Assembly: GCA_964196275.1 (NCBI GenBank)
Contig: CAXMSN010000114.1
Coordinates: 2,674 to 66,673, forward strand
Direction of reading: 5' to 3'
DNA: 64,000 nt
Source of the DNA: an uncultured Kiloniellales bacterium
GTDB lineage: Bacteria; Actinomycetota; Acidimicrobiia; Spongiisociales; UBA5794
Positions 1-9,407 of the stretch are shown here, piece by piece. Both the position numbers and the translations under genes were made by a program. Position 1 is the stretch's first letter. Every line of letters begins with the position of its first letter. The notes below the pieces were generated by a model. It saw only the letters and a list, made by a program, of their open reading frames with translations, had not been told where the DNA came from and searched no databases.

Positions 1-1
1 C

Positions 2-919
2 TTCGACGTGCTGCTCAGCGGTGCATCGGTCGTCGATCTTTCGGCTGTGTTCGACGACTACTGGAACAGCTCAAGTGCAGTCCCGGGGTCGACACTCGAT
101 AGCACTGTCTCGGAGAGTGACCTGGACGCTGTTCGTGTCATGGTCGCTGAGGAGCTGCGCGTAGGGGAACCTGACCTCGCAGCCTTTCGTGAGGAAGAGG
201 CCCGGTGGAATAAGACCATGGCGACGAATATCAGGGGGCTGGCGGACGGTGCCGTTCACGTGATCGCCGATACACCCAGTGTCTCGGGCACGGCGGAGAG
301 GACCCAGGTCATCTCCGTACTGCGACGGTTGGCCGGAAGCGCGACGAAGGATCTCGTCATCGTCACACCGTTCTTCGTTCCGAGCGACGCTGACATCCAG
401 GCATACGAGGAGATCGTTGCCCAAGGCGTGCGTGTGCGTCTCCTCACCAACTCGCTAGCGTCGAATCCAGGGACGATCTCCAACAGTGGATTCAAGAGAC
501 ACCGGCTGGCGATCGTTCGTGCGGGCGTTGAACTCCACGAGCTCAGACCCGACGCTGCAGTCAAGCCGATGTGGGAAACACCACCCTGTGTTGGCCGTTA
601 CCTCGGCCTTCACGCAAAGATGTTCATCATCGACCGTGAGACCATCTTCTTGGGTTCGGTCAATCTCGATCCGCGGTCGAAGTACGTCAACACCGAGATG
701 GGTGTGCATATCCGAGACTCCACACTCGCCGAGGAGTGCGCAGACCGAGCACTCAGCCTGATGGTTCCCGAAAACGCCTGGACGGTCCGGATCGGCGCGG
801 ACGGCCGGCTTCGATGGTCGAGCGATCAGGGGGATCTTCGCAGACAGCCAGCTAGACGCGTCGGTCAACGAGTTGCCGACTGGATCTTTGGCCTGCTGCC
901 TATACGGAACTACGTCTGA
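2..919 (+). CDS. phospholipase D / cardiolipin-synthase-like HKD-domain protein, C-terminal part (5' end lies outside the window)
   Basis: Reading frame is open to the window edge. HKD motif HAKMFIIDRETIFLGSVNLDPRS lies near the C-terminus. Confidence 0.75.
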   Translation, partial: FDVLLSGASVVDLSAVFDDYWNSSSAVPGSTLDSTVSESDLDAVRVMVAEELRVGEPDLAAFREEEARWNKTMATNIRGLADGAVHVIADTPSVSGTAERTQVISVLRRLAGSATKDLVIVTPFFVPSDADIQAYEEIVAQGVRVRLLTNSLASNPGTISNSGFKRHRLAIVRAGVELHELRPDAAVKPMWETPPCVGRYLGLHAKMFIIDRETIFLGSVNLDPRSKYVNTEMGVHIRDSTLAEECADRALSLMVPENAWTVRIGADGRLRWSSDQGDLRRQPARRVGQRVADWIFGLLPIRNYV

Positions 920-993
920 CGCTGACCCATCGGTCAGATCGGAAGTGACTTCGTGCCCAATCTGGTTGGCCGCAGACGTGACACAATCGCCAC

Positions 994-1281
994 ATGGGCT
1001 GCATATTTGTCATCCTGCTCTTCGCAAGCACACGTGGCGCCATCGTCTTGTGGTGGCTCGTCGACGCCGATCGATGGCGATCAGCATTCGAGAGTGCGTG
1101 GATTCCCGTGCTCGGCTTCTTCTTCCTGCCGGCGACAACTCTTGTCTATGTGATGGTGGCAGCAACCGGCAACGTCTCTAGATACGACCTGATCTGGATC
1201 AGGCTGGCGTTCCTCGGGGACATGGCTACGCATGCCAACCATTTCCGCCACTGGCGTCGCAGTAGCGCTCTCGCTTCGTAA
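994..1281 (+). CDS. small hydrophobic membrane protein, function unknown
   Basis: 95-aa ORF with 2-3 hydrophobic segments (CIFVILLF, WIPVLGFFFLPATTLVYVMVAA). I recognise no family. Confidence 0.4.
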   Translation: MGCIFVILLFASTRGAIVLWWLVDADRWRSAFESAWIPVLGFFFLPATTLVYVMVAATGNVSRYDLIWIRLAFLGDMATHANHFRHWRRSSALAS

Positions 1282-1320
1282 ATTCTCTCAGCTGAAGCTC
1301 GACAATTCAACGAGAGAAGG

Positions 1321-1545
1321 GTGGCAAGCATCATGAAGATTTCAGACTCAGTCTTCGCACGAAAGTTCGCTCCGGTCTTGCTGGCGGTGACGTTGACTTC
1401 CAATGCAACCGCGTGTGACTTCGGTGACGACGTTGATGACACCGAGCAAGAACTACAAGACGAGGCAGACCCGAAGGAACAAGATCTCGAAGACAAGGCC
1501 GACGAGACAGAGGAAGACCTCAGACACGGAGAGGTCGAGGAATAG
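1321..1545 (+). CDS. small acidic secreted protein or lipoprotein, function unknown
   Basis: Signal-like N-terminus ending ..LTSNATAC, followed by a very acidic D/E-rich tail. The start may instead be ATG 1333. Confidence 0.4.
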   Translation: MASIMKISDSVFARKFAPVLLAVTLTSNATACDFGDDVDDTEQELQDEADPKEQDLEDKADETEEDLRHGEVEE

Positions 1546-1547
1546 AC

Positions 1548-4433
1548 CTATCCGGTGAAGCTGGCGGTTTCGCCCGTGATCTCCTCGGCAGCATCTGCGA
1601 TGATCTGGTTGGCCGCTTCGATGTAACCTCTCGCCTCGTCGACCTTGGCTTGGTATCCGGCAAGGTCCCCGGACCGAAGCGCGAGATCCGCTTGCTCCAG
1701 CGCCACTTCCGCCCTGGCCAGGAGCACCGCAACCTGTTCCTCGATCGTGCCATCGGGTGGTGTCACATCGCCGCCGCCCGTGTCGCCGCCGCCCACGTCA
1801 GAGCCGAACAGCTGGAAGAGCACCGCGTCAAGAGAGTCTGCGATCTCGATACGCGAGTTGTACGAGGCGACGACCCGTTTGAACTGAGGGATACCACCCG
1901 ATGCGGTATCGGCCGCCAGGTATATCGGTTGCACATACAGGAGCGAGTCTTCGATCGGAACGACAAGCAGATTGCCCTTGACGACATCTGAGCCCACCTG
2001 TCCGAGCAGCGTGAACTCGGACGAAACGCGAGGGTCCTGCTCGATGAAGTCTCCGACCTGACCCGGGCCATCGATCTGTCGATCCTCAGGCATCGTGTAC
2101 TCGATGATCTTGCCGTAGTCCTCGACGAGGCCGCTCTTGGCCACCATGAACGCGGACATGTTCGGCCGGCCCGCAGGGGTGAAGGGCTGCATGAGCAGGA
2201 AGGACAGACTCTCCTCGTCAGGCAGCTCCATCAAGAGGTAGTACGGGAGCATCGGGTCGGTCTGAAACACGCCCCGGAGCTGCGGATACGGGCTCGTCGA
2301 AGGGTCACGGGCGATCTGCCATGGATCCTCGACCTTGAAGAGTTCAACAGGATCCGTCATGTGATACAACGTGTACACGTCGGTCTGGATGCGGAACAGG
2401 TCCTCGGGATACCGCACGTGGTCGACGAGTTCCTCAGGGAACTGGTCTCTCGCCTTGAACAGGCCGGGGAAGATGGCCATGTTCGTCTGGATGATCGGAT
2501 CCGTTGGGTCGATGACGTACATGTCAACAGTGCCGTCGTACGCGTCGATCACAGCCTTGACGGAGTTGCGGATGTAGTTGAGCCGCCGTGGGAGGTCGGC
2601 ACCAACGTTGAGGCGCGTTGTGAGTGCGACCTCTGAATACGGGTACCGGTCGGTGACCGTGTAGAGGTCCATCATCCACACCAGCCTGCCGTCTGCCACA
2701 ACGAGGTATGGGTCGTTGTCGATGTTCAGGAACGGAGCCATCTTCTTGATGCGAGTCTTGATGTTCCGTGCGATCATCACCCGGCTGTCAGCGTCGACCT
2801 GGCCAGAGATTAGCGTGTTGAGGTCGCCGAATCGAAGCGCCCATGCGGTTCGTTGGGCAAATCCACCGAGAGCGACACCGCCGATGCCGTCGTACGAGTT
2901 CGTCTGTGTGCCGGCCGCGTCACCTGACCCAGTGGGAATGTCGATCTCCCCTTCCTTCGATCCTGCGATGAGGAAGTCCTCATGCGAATCGTCCGAGAAA
3001 TAGACACGTGGTTGTTCCACGTCGAGACCCGAATCACCGGAATTGTTCACGGGCGGTATGTCCTGAAGCAGGAAGTCAGGCAGACCATCGGAGGTGACCC
3101 CGTTCGCCGGGCTCAGCACCGCACCCAGACCGTGCGTGTACACGAGTCGCTCGTTCACCCAACCGCTACCGGGGATCCGATTCTCATCCAATCCTCTGGT
3201 CGACATCATGACCTGTGTGAGTTCGCCATTGATCACGTACCTGTCGACATCCACATCCGCAAAGTCGTAGTACGTCTTGATGTTCTGCAACTCCGGATAC
3301 GTCTGCGAAAGCACCCCTGGGTCCCAAAGTCGGATGTTGTCGATGGTCGGCCGATTCGCATCGATGACCGCGGCTGTCAGATTCGTAGACGCTGCAAAGT
3401 TGATCGACTCAACGTCACTGAGCCCGAACGCAAGCCGAGTGAAGTCAAGATTGTGCTGAACGAACTCGGTCTCACGTTCGATCTCGTTCGGCTCGACCGA
3501 GAACCGCTGGACGACCGCAGGGTAGATCCCTCCAACACCGATCGAAGTGACAAGCCAGATGCCAACAGCGACGAGCGGCAGGGACCATCCCTTGAACCAA
3601 ACGTTGACAAGCAGGATGATCGCCGACACGACAGAAATGAAGATCAGCAGGTTCAGCGCAGGGATCTGGGCATTGACATCCGTGTACGACGCGCCGAACA
3701 CCTGGCCCCTGGGCGAATACAGAAGTTCCCACTTGTCGAACACGTAGCCGATGGCCTTGAGCAGGGCCACCATTGCCAGCAAGATCGAGATGTGGGCTTT
3801 GACACCCGGAGACGTTCGTTCGCCTGGCGTAACGATCTTGATTCCGCCGTTCAGGTAGTGCGCTGCGACTACCACAAGCGTCGCCACCAGCAACAGTTGG
3901 AAGAGCCACCCGAAAATGTCGCGATACAACGGCAAGCCGAATACGTACCGAGAAATGTCGCTCTGGAAGATCGGATCCGCTACGCCCCAAGGAACCCCGT
4001 TCCTCCAGAAGAGCCAATCCTTCCACCAGGCAGCAGCGCCAAGACCGATGAGCAGCCCGAAGAACAGCGAGAAGGACGTCCGAACAGCGAACGCTCTCGG
4101 CTCAACCCAATCCTGGAACCTCTCGAGCAGTTCCTCATCCGGTCCGGCTGGCACAAGGCTGAGCCTCGGCGAGATCCGATCAACGACCCACAGGTTGATC
4201 CAGAAGACGAGCACAGACACCATCGTCGCACCGAGAACCAACCACACCTTGGTGAACGTCAGCGTCGTCCAGATCTCCGACGCATCCATCTCTGAGTACC
4301 AGAGGTAGTCCGTCCAGAGCGTTGATCCCCATCTGGCGGCGAGCAAGACCAAGAAGGCACTCGAGATCGCGATCGTGATGACGCGCCTGAAGCCAGACGA
4401 CCTGCGAGGTGAAATGGGTTCTCTGTTGATCAC
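1548..4433 (-). CDS. UPF0182 family large membrane protein
   Basis: 961 aa. About 7 N-terminal TM helices precede a large extracytoplasmic domain. Size, architecture and adjacency to a PDZ/Lon-like gene match the actinobacterial UPF0182 pair (as Rv3193c/Rv3194c). Confidence 0.85.
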   Translation of the reverse strand: MINREPISPRRSSGFRRVITIAISSAFLVLLAARWGSTLWTDYLWYSEMDASEIWTTLTFTKVWLVLGATMVSVLVFWINLWVVDRISPRLSLVPAGPDEELLERFQDWVEPRAFAVRTSFSLFFGLLIGLGAAAWWKDWLFWRNGVPWGVADPIFQSDISRYVFGLPLYRDIFGWLFQLLLVATLVVVAAHYLNGGIKIVTPGERTSPGVKAHISILLAMVALLKAIGYVFDKWELLYSPRGQVFGASYTDVNAQIPALNLLIFISVVSAIILLVNVWFKGWSLPLVAVGIWLVTSIGVGGIYPAVVQRFSVEPNEIERETEFVQHNLDFTRLAFGLSDVESINFAASTNLTAAVIDANRPTIDNIRLWDPGVLSQTYPELQNIKTYYDFADVDVDRYVINGELTQVMMSTRGLDENRIPGSGWVNERLVYTHGLGAVLSPANGVTSDGLPDFLLQDIPPVNNSGDSGLDVEQPRVYFSDDSHEDFLIAGSKEGEIDIPTGSGDAAGTQTNSYDGIGGVALGGFAQRTAWALRFGDLNTLISGQVDADSRVMIARNIKTRIKKMAPFLNIDNDPYLVVADGRLVWMMDLYTVTDRYPYSEVALTTRLNVGADLPRRLNYIRNSVKAVIDAYDGTVDMYVIDPTDPIIQTNMAIFPGLFKARDQFPEELVDHVRYPEDLFRIQTDVYTLYHMTDPVELFKVEDPWQIARDPSTSPYPQLRGVFQTDPMLPYYLLMELPDEESLSFLLMQPFTPAGRPNMSAFMVAKSGLVEDYGKIIEYTMPEDRQIDGPGQVGDFIEQDPRVSSEFTLLGQVGSDVVKGNLLVVPIEDSLLYVQPIYLAADTASGGIPQFKRVVASYNSRIEIADSLDAVLFQLFGSDVGGGDTGGGDVTPPDGTIEEQVAVLLARAEVALEQADLALRSGDLAGYQAKVDEARGYIEAANQIIADAAEEITGETASFTG

Positions 4434-4473
4434 GGGGTGATTCTATGGGAACCGCGGCGTTGCGCAGCCGTCG

Positions 4474-6210
4474 CTACGGGGTCAACGCGACAAGACGTCG
4501 CTCCGCCTCGTCGCTTCGCCAGGTTCGGAACACCTTGCTCGCTGCTGAGGCAACGGCCCTCGATCCCGAGCCAAGTCCTCGCTCATCATCGATCGCAGAC
4601 GTCACCGCGTCCTGTAGATCCGAGGCGAACGCACTGCCTGAATCGGCTGCAGTATCGACGCCGAGCGAAGCGCCATACGCCTCAAACGACTCGCCGAAGC
4701 GATCTGTGAACCCTTCTTCGGGTATCCACGTCTCATCCGTTCGCAGGGCCTCCAGAGTTTCGTTCTGGAGATCTACAAGCGACCGTTTCACTGCTTTGAG
4801 AGCAGCGTTCTGTGCAGCAAGCGGACCCGACGGCTTGGCTGCGGCATCCTGATCGGACGTGGTCGGTACCACGTCCGCTAATTGCGGAGAACCAGCATCA
4901 TCCGCCTCAGGGGCGGAAGCGTTCGTTGGCTTTGGCTTTGGCTTCGGATTCGGATTCGGCTTGCTCGGTACGATGGGCTCGGATTGCGGCTCCGGTTCTG
5001 CGACGGGCTCCTCGTCCACCTCAGCGACCTCTGCCACGACAGTAGGTTGTTCGGTGGTGTCATCGCGAAGCTTCGCAAAGAGAGAGCTGATCTCATCCGC
5101 GGAGCCATCTGCGCTGTCGTTCACGGGCTGTGTCACGACCTCTGGAGCGACCGGTTCTGGCTCCTTCACGGGCTCGACGGCGATGACTTCGCGTAGTGGT
5201 GGCGGGGCGATCACAGCAACCGTCGCGACCTCTTCCTCCGTTGCGACCTCCTCCGCTGCAGCTTCCTTCGCTTTCGACATATTCGCCGAGCGGATCGCCT
5301 CGACATCTGCGACAAGCTCGTCCGTGTCGACCGGCTTGAGCACGACCACCTTCGACGGAGCAACGATCTTCACCGATCCGCTGTCGACCGAATGATGGGT
5401 GCGGGCATCAGGCTCCGGCTCAGGGACGGGATCCGGTGTCTCGAGCGCTTGCCGCCTGGAGTCGATCTCTTCCTCGAGTTGACTGATCGACGTCCGCGTT
5501 GCTTCAAGTTCTGACAACAGCTCCGACCGTCTGTCTTCAAGCGCACGAGCACGCTCCTGCGCTGCCTCAGCCTGCTTGTCGGCCGCGGCGAGGACACCAT
5601 CACTCTCAGTCCGAGCTTCCTCGATGATCGTGTCCGCATCGAGCCGTGCAACACGCAGAAGCTCTTCTTTGTCACGCTTGGCATCAGATGTGAGCCGCAG
5701 CGCGTCGCGCTCAGCCTCGGCACGCATGAACAGCGACTCCTCTTGTGCTGTCTCAAGAACGGAGTGCGACTCGGCCTCTGCCGATGTCAGCATGGACGTT
5801 CCTTCGTTCCATGCTGCCGCACGCATCGATTGGGATTGCTCGGTCGCAACTTCCACGGCCACCGTGGACTCGCGCTCTGCATCGGCTCGCCACACCTCGG
5901 CATCCTTTGCCGCCCTGGTCCGGAGGCCTTCAGCCGCCGCACGGGCTGCCTCAAGCACCGCTCCGACCTCGCCACCGACGTTCTTGAGTTCGTTCGCCAG
6001 CGCTTCTGGATCGTCGATCCCTATCGCTAGCGCGGAAGCTTTCGCCTCAACGACGCGGGCGGAGAGATCCTCAAGTTGGGACGCAACACCATCAAGAAAC
6101 GCATCGACCTCGGCGCGGTCGTATCCGCGCCGGATCATGTCGAAACGGCGCGCCCGTACCTGGTCCGGAGTCACATCATCGACCATGGCGGAAAGCGTAC
6201 CGGCAGGCAC
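4474..6210 (-). CDS. DivIVA-domain protein with long coiled-coil and low-complexity E/A/P-rich regions
   Basis: N-terminal DivIVA motif (VTPDQVRARRFDMIRRGYDRAEVDAFLDGVASQLE). The start could be the internal Met at 6186. Confidence 0.8.
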   Translation of the reverse strand: MPAGTLSAMVDDVTPDQVRARRFDMIRRGYDRAEVDAFLDGVASQLEDLSARVVEAKASALAIGIDDPEALANELKNVGGEVGAVLEAARAAAEGLRTRAAKDAEVWRADAERESTVAVEVATEQSQSMRAAAWNEGTSMLTSAEAESHSVLETAQEESLFMRAEAERDALRLTSDAKRDKEELLRVARLDADTIIEEARTESDGVLAAADKQAEAAQERARALEDRRSELLSELEATRTSISQLEEEIDSRRQALETPDPVPEPEPDARTHHSVDSGSVKIVAPSKVVVLKPVDTDELVADVEAIRSANMSKAKEAAAEEVATEEEVATVAVIAPPPLREVIAVEPVKEPEPVAPEVVTQPVNDSADGSADEISSLFAKLRDDTTEQPTVVAEVAEVDEEPVAEPEPQSEPIVPSKPNPNPKPKPKPTNASAPEADDAGSPQLADVVPTTSDQDAAAKPSGPLAAQNAALKAVKRSLVDLQNETLEALRTDETWIPEEGFTDRFGESFEAYGASLGVDTAADSGSAFASDLQDAVTSAIDDERGLGSGSRAVASAASKVFRTWRSDEAERRLVALTP

Positions 6211-6228
6211 CCGCGTGTCCGCGGATTG

Positions 6229-7326
6229 TCAGAGCGTTGCGAGGAAGTCCAAGGCATCGTCGATCGTCACCACACGAACGACCTCGATGCGGTCTCCGGC
6301 CGCAAGGAGCGCATCCTCGTAGTTCGCGGCAGGAACGAGCACCGCTCTTGCTCCAACATCGATCGCCCCATGGATCTTCTGGGTGATGCCGCCGATGGGC
6401 CCGACCGTCTCGTCCACGGAGATCGTGCCGGTACCCGCAATGCGGAACCCGCTTGTTATCTCAGAGTCTGGGGTCAGCTGATCCATGATCTGCAGCGCGA
6501 ACATGAGTCCCGCGGATGGGCCGCCGATGTTCTGCGAATCGATGTGCACATCCACTGGGAATTCGACGATGGGCTCGTTGTTGCCGAGCAGGATGCCGAT
6601 CATCGGCCGCGCGGGGTCATCCGTGTGGGGACCGAGTACCAACTCGACCTCCAGCGGGTCGAGTATCGCCGGATCGTCCGAGTCTGGGCGCTGAACGGAA
6701 AGCATTACCTGATCACCGATCTCGAGGGGGCCGAGCAGGTCGATGATGTCACTTCGGAATCCGATGATCTCGCCGTCCATCTCGATGATGATGTCGTCAG
6801 GAAGGAGCACGCCGTCCGAGGCAGAATCAGGCACTGTCTCGATCACGAGCGCACCGGTGCCGATGAGCACGACCTCGTAGCCGAGTTTCGTCAATGCAAC
6901 GTACGTCGCATCACGCTTCGACTCCTCCATCATCGCCAGGCCCTCACGCCGCAACTGCTCAGGAGTCACGTCGACCGGGCGGATGACCTCTCGTTCGCGA
7001 ATGTCAACACGCGGGTCGAGCTGGGCAGCGACCCACTCGAACACGTTCGCCTCCTTGAGAGAGACGGTGAGGAAGAACAGTTCGCCATCGTCGCTCACCG
7101 TTCCACCGTCGACGGAGATGAAGTCGGATGAGTCGTACACGGGACCCGGACTCAGGGTGTAGTACGGAATCGACACGGGCCAGAGAAGCGCTATCGCGAT
7201 GCCGATCGCTACGAGGGTGCCCGCAAGGTAGAACGGCCACTTGGGATACGACGACGGCGGCTTCATCGAGTCTGGCACTGCAGAGTATGCGTCGCGAGGT
7301 TCGGCTACCTCAGTGTTCTGGTCCAT
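6229..7326 (-). CDS. PDZ-domain protein with Lon-protease-like (S16) C-terminal domain (YlbL/SepM-like)
   Basis: N-terminal TM helix, a PDZ-like middle region, and the C-terminal motif GGPSAGLMFALQI typical of the Lon proteolytic domain. Confidence 0.8.
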   Translation of the reverse strand: MDQNTEVAEPRDAYSAVPDSMKPPSSYPKWPFYLAGTLVAIGIAIALLWPVSIPYYTLSPGPVYDSSDFISVDGGTVSDDGELFFLTVSLKEANVFEWVAAQLDPRVDIREREVIRPVDVTPEQLRREGLAMMEESKRDATYVALTKLGYEVVLIGTGALVIETVPDSASDGVLLPDDIIIEMDGEIIGFRSDIIDLLGPLEIGDQVMLSVQRPDSDDPAILDPLEVELVLGPHTDDPARPMIGILLGNNEPIVEFPVDVHIDSQNIGGPSAGLMFALQIMDQLTPDSEITSGFRIAGTGTISVDETVGPIGGITQKIHGAIDVGARAVLVPAANYEDALLAAGDRIEVVRVVTIDDALDFLATL

Positions 7327-7363
7327 GGAACGAGATTACCGTCGGAACGCTTTACCTCGCCGG

Positions 7364-7936
7364 TTACAGCATTCTCTGTTTCGAGACGAGGTCAGCTACT
7401 ACGACGATCCGTTGGGCAAGTGAGCCCTTCGGATGACATGCGAACATCGTCAACGTTGACTCCTCGCCGTCGAACGTGATCCACATGTCCTGTGGATCGA
7501 CGATGAAGGTTCTGGAGACCCGATAAAGAATCTCGATCCCGTCACTGTCAGTCATGTAGATGACGTCGCCCTTTCTGAGATCATCGAGGTCATAGAAGGG
7601 TCTGCTCCAGGTAGTCCGATGACCTGCAAGCACAACGTTGCCATCGGTTCCGGGTTCAGACGTGCCCGCCCATTGCCCCACGCCCTGATCGAGCACCGAG
7701 CGTGCAACGCCCGCACGTACCGACTCGAACAAGTTGATGCTCGGGATCCGAAGGTCGCCCATCGACCATGCAGCGGACTGGAGGGAGTGATTCGATGGTT
7801 GTCTCGATGGTCCAGGCGTGAGCCCCTCAGGCTGCGTGCTCGCCGTGACAGGTGCGGCGAGAAACAGCACCACAAGAACGGTGACCGTGAAACGGATAGA
7901 GTTGCGCAGCAGTCTCATCACAAGATGAATCGGCAT
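7364..7936 (-). CDS. sortase family transpeptidase
   Basis: Signal/TM N-terminus. Catalytic His in VVLAGHRTT, Cys in TLTMFACHP (TLxTC-like), and a downstream Arg (QRIVVVA). Confidence 0.75.
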   Translation of the reverse strand: MPIHLVMRLLRNSIRFTVTVLVVLFLAAPVTASTQPEGLTPGPSRQPSNHSLQSAAWSMGDLRIPSINLFESVRAGVARSVLDQGVGQWAGTSEPGTDGNVVLAGHRTTWSRPFYDLDDLRKGDVIYMTDSDGIEILYRVSRTFIVDPQDMWITFDGEESTLTMFACHPKGSLAQRIVVVADLVSKQRML

Positions 7937-7993
7937 CGTTGATGTCGACCTTCACTAAAAACTACGAACATCGCTGCCGATGCGGAGGCGCCC

Positions 7994-8593
7994 ATGCAGA
8001 CAACCTACCCAACCCGGACGATTGCCTTCACAGTCGTGCCTCGATCGACGGTCAACACGATCGCGCTGATGCTCGGGTTTGCCCTGCTCACTGCTTTGGC
8101 GGCCCAGATCCGGATACCCATTCCAGGAACACCGGTGCCCATCACCGGGCAGACATTTGCTGTCCTCCTTGCCGGTGCGACGCTTGGCTCCCGGCTGGGC
8201 GCAGGAAGTCAGGCCATCTACTGGCTTCTCGGTGCGATCGGCCTGCCCTTCTATGCGAATGCATCCGGAGGATGGGAGGCCGCAACTGGTGCCACGGCCG
8301 GCTACCTGGTTGGGTTCATCGCCGCTGCATGGGTCGTCGGTGCGCTCGCCGAGCGCGGTCAGGACCGAACGGTCCCGAGTGCGATCCCCGCGTTCCTCTC
8401 AGGAAACGCGATCATCTACCTCTTCGGCGTACCGTGGCTGATGTACAGCGTCGACGCCTTCGACACGATCACAGCTGCCCTCGTCGCCGGCTTCACACCC
8501 TTCGTGGTCGGCGACCTCATCAAGGTCATCCTCGTCGGCCTGCTCCTACCGGCGGCCTGGAAACTCGTGGACCGAATACGCGGAACCGAGTAG
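7994..8593 (+). CDS. bioY: biotin transporter BioY (ECF S-component)
   Basis: 199 aa, polytopic. Carries the IPIPGTPVPITGQTFAVLLAG signature typical of BioY. Confidence 0.85.
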   Translation: MQTTYPTRTIAFTVVPRSTVNTIALMLGFALLTALAAQIRIPIPGTPVPITGQTFAVLLAGATLGSRLGAGSQAIYWLLGAIGLPFYANASGGWEAATGATAGYLVGFIAAAWVVGALAERGQDRTVPSAIPAFLSGNAIIYLFGVPWLMYSVDAFDTITAALVAGFTPFVVGDLIKVILVGLLLPAAWKLVDRIRGTE

Positions 8594-8727
8594 CCGGCAG
8601 ACTGCGGGCGACGACGGAAGCCGGACGACCGACCCGCATCGCTACGCTCGCTGTCGGACCGCGCAGGTTCCGCGAACGGCCTACCGGGTCTCGGAATCCG
8701 TCGTCCGTCGGTCGCTTCGCTTCCTCG

Positions 8728-8776
8728 ATCCCCCTGGCTCGCTGACGCTCGCCCGTCCCCCTTGAAAGGGGGACGG
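8728..8776 (+). repeat. REP-like hairpin element, copy 1 (forward)
   Basis: atCCCCCTGGCTCGCTgaCGCTCGCCCGTCCCCCTTGAAAGGGGGACGG. 10-bp stem CCGTCCCCCT/AGGGGGACGG. Abuts the paaI stop codon. Confidence 0.85.
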
Positions 8777-8796
8777 AAATGGGAGTGGTCGGTCGC

Positions 8797-9195
8797 CTAC
8801 CGCTTGATAAACACGGTCCCGGTGAAGAGGGCCACCGTGCGGCCATCGTCTCTCGTCACGTCGACCCGGTATGTCGCGAGAGAGCGGCCCCGCGTCTGTT
8901 CGAACGCCGTCGCCGTCAGCGTGTCACCGATATCGGTCGGGGCTGTGATCGCGAGATGGGTATCGATTGCCACGGCGTCCTCGGGGTAGGCGTTGGACGC
9001 AAGCGCAAAGGCGCAGTCCGCGATCGAGAACACCACGCCCCCGTGCGTCCCTCCTAGGAAGTTCACATGGTCCTCACGAACCACCATCGTGACCGTGACC
9101 GATGGCTCGGCTACCTCCCGAAGAACCATCCCCTGTGAGGCGGCATACGGGTCAGCCGCAAACGACTCGGCGATCTTTGTGGCGCGGTCGAACAT
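8797..9195 (-). CDS. paaI: PaaI-family hotdog-fold thioesterase
   Basis: GGTHGGVVFSIADCAFALASN hotdog motif. I moved the start to Met 9195 because the 16 upstream codons are encoded by the REP hairpin and a heptamer remnant. Confidence 0.8.
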   Translation of the reverse strand: MFDRATKIAESFAADPYAASQGMVLREVAEPSVTVTMVVREDHVNFLGGTHGGVVFSIADCAFALASNAYPEDAVAIDTHLAITAPTDIGDTLTATAFEQTRGRSLATYRVDVTRDDGRTVALFTGTVFIKR

Positions 9196-9229
9196 CAGCG
9201 CAGAATAGACCACGGACCAGCATCCCGCT

Positions 9230-9280
9230 CGTCCTCCTTTCAAGGGGACGGCAGAGGAGCGCAGCGACGATGCAGGGGAT
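9230..9280 (-). repeat. REP-like hairpin element, copy 2 (reverse)
   Basis: CGTCCTCCTTTCAAGGGGACGGCAGAGGAGCGCAGCGACGATGCAGGGGAT. About 45 nt nearly identical to copy 4. Confidence 0.85.
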
Positions 9281-9313
9281 GTTGCAGGCTCAACGATTCA
9301 CCGGCGACCAACA

Positions 9314-9361
9314 CCCTCCTGACTCGCTTCGCTCGTCCGTCCTCCCTCGCAGGGAGGACGA
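9314..9361 (+). repeat. REP-like hairpin element, copy 3 (forward, compensated stem)
   Basis: CCTCCTGACTCGCTTCGCTCGTCCGTCCTCCCTCGCAGGGAGGACGA. The stem CGTCCTCCCT/AGGGAGGACG carries paired changes relative to copy 1. Confidence 0.8.
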
Positions 9362-9407
9362 GAGACAGCAGAACCGCCCTTCCGCTCCGTCGTCGGTCGT
9401 CGTCTTA

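Noticed and set aside
2982-4295. 437-aa plus-strand ORF opposite the UPF0182 gene
   Set aside because: It is antisense to a well-supported 961-aa gene. Its translation is Arg/Asp/His/Pro-rich low complexity with no motifs. The same reasoning applies to the antisense or alternative-frame ORFs at 6076-7131, 7939-8745, 18485-19423, 19658-20449, 28656-29492, 38243-39073, 41223-42254, 43107-43859, 47460-48389, 50012-51100 and 51233-52072.
7937-7993. BirA/BioQ operator upstream of bioY
   Set aside because: Only a weak partial dyad (TTCAC..N9..CGAAC) is present. It does not match the TGAAC-N3-GTTCA type BioQ site I recall, so it is not reported.
9196-9243. 16-codon N-terminal extension of paaI (MKGGRAGCWSVVYSAL)
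   Set aside because: It is encoded by REP copy 2 and a heptamer remnant. PaaI-family similarity begins at the internal Met (9195).
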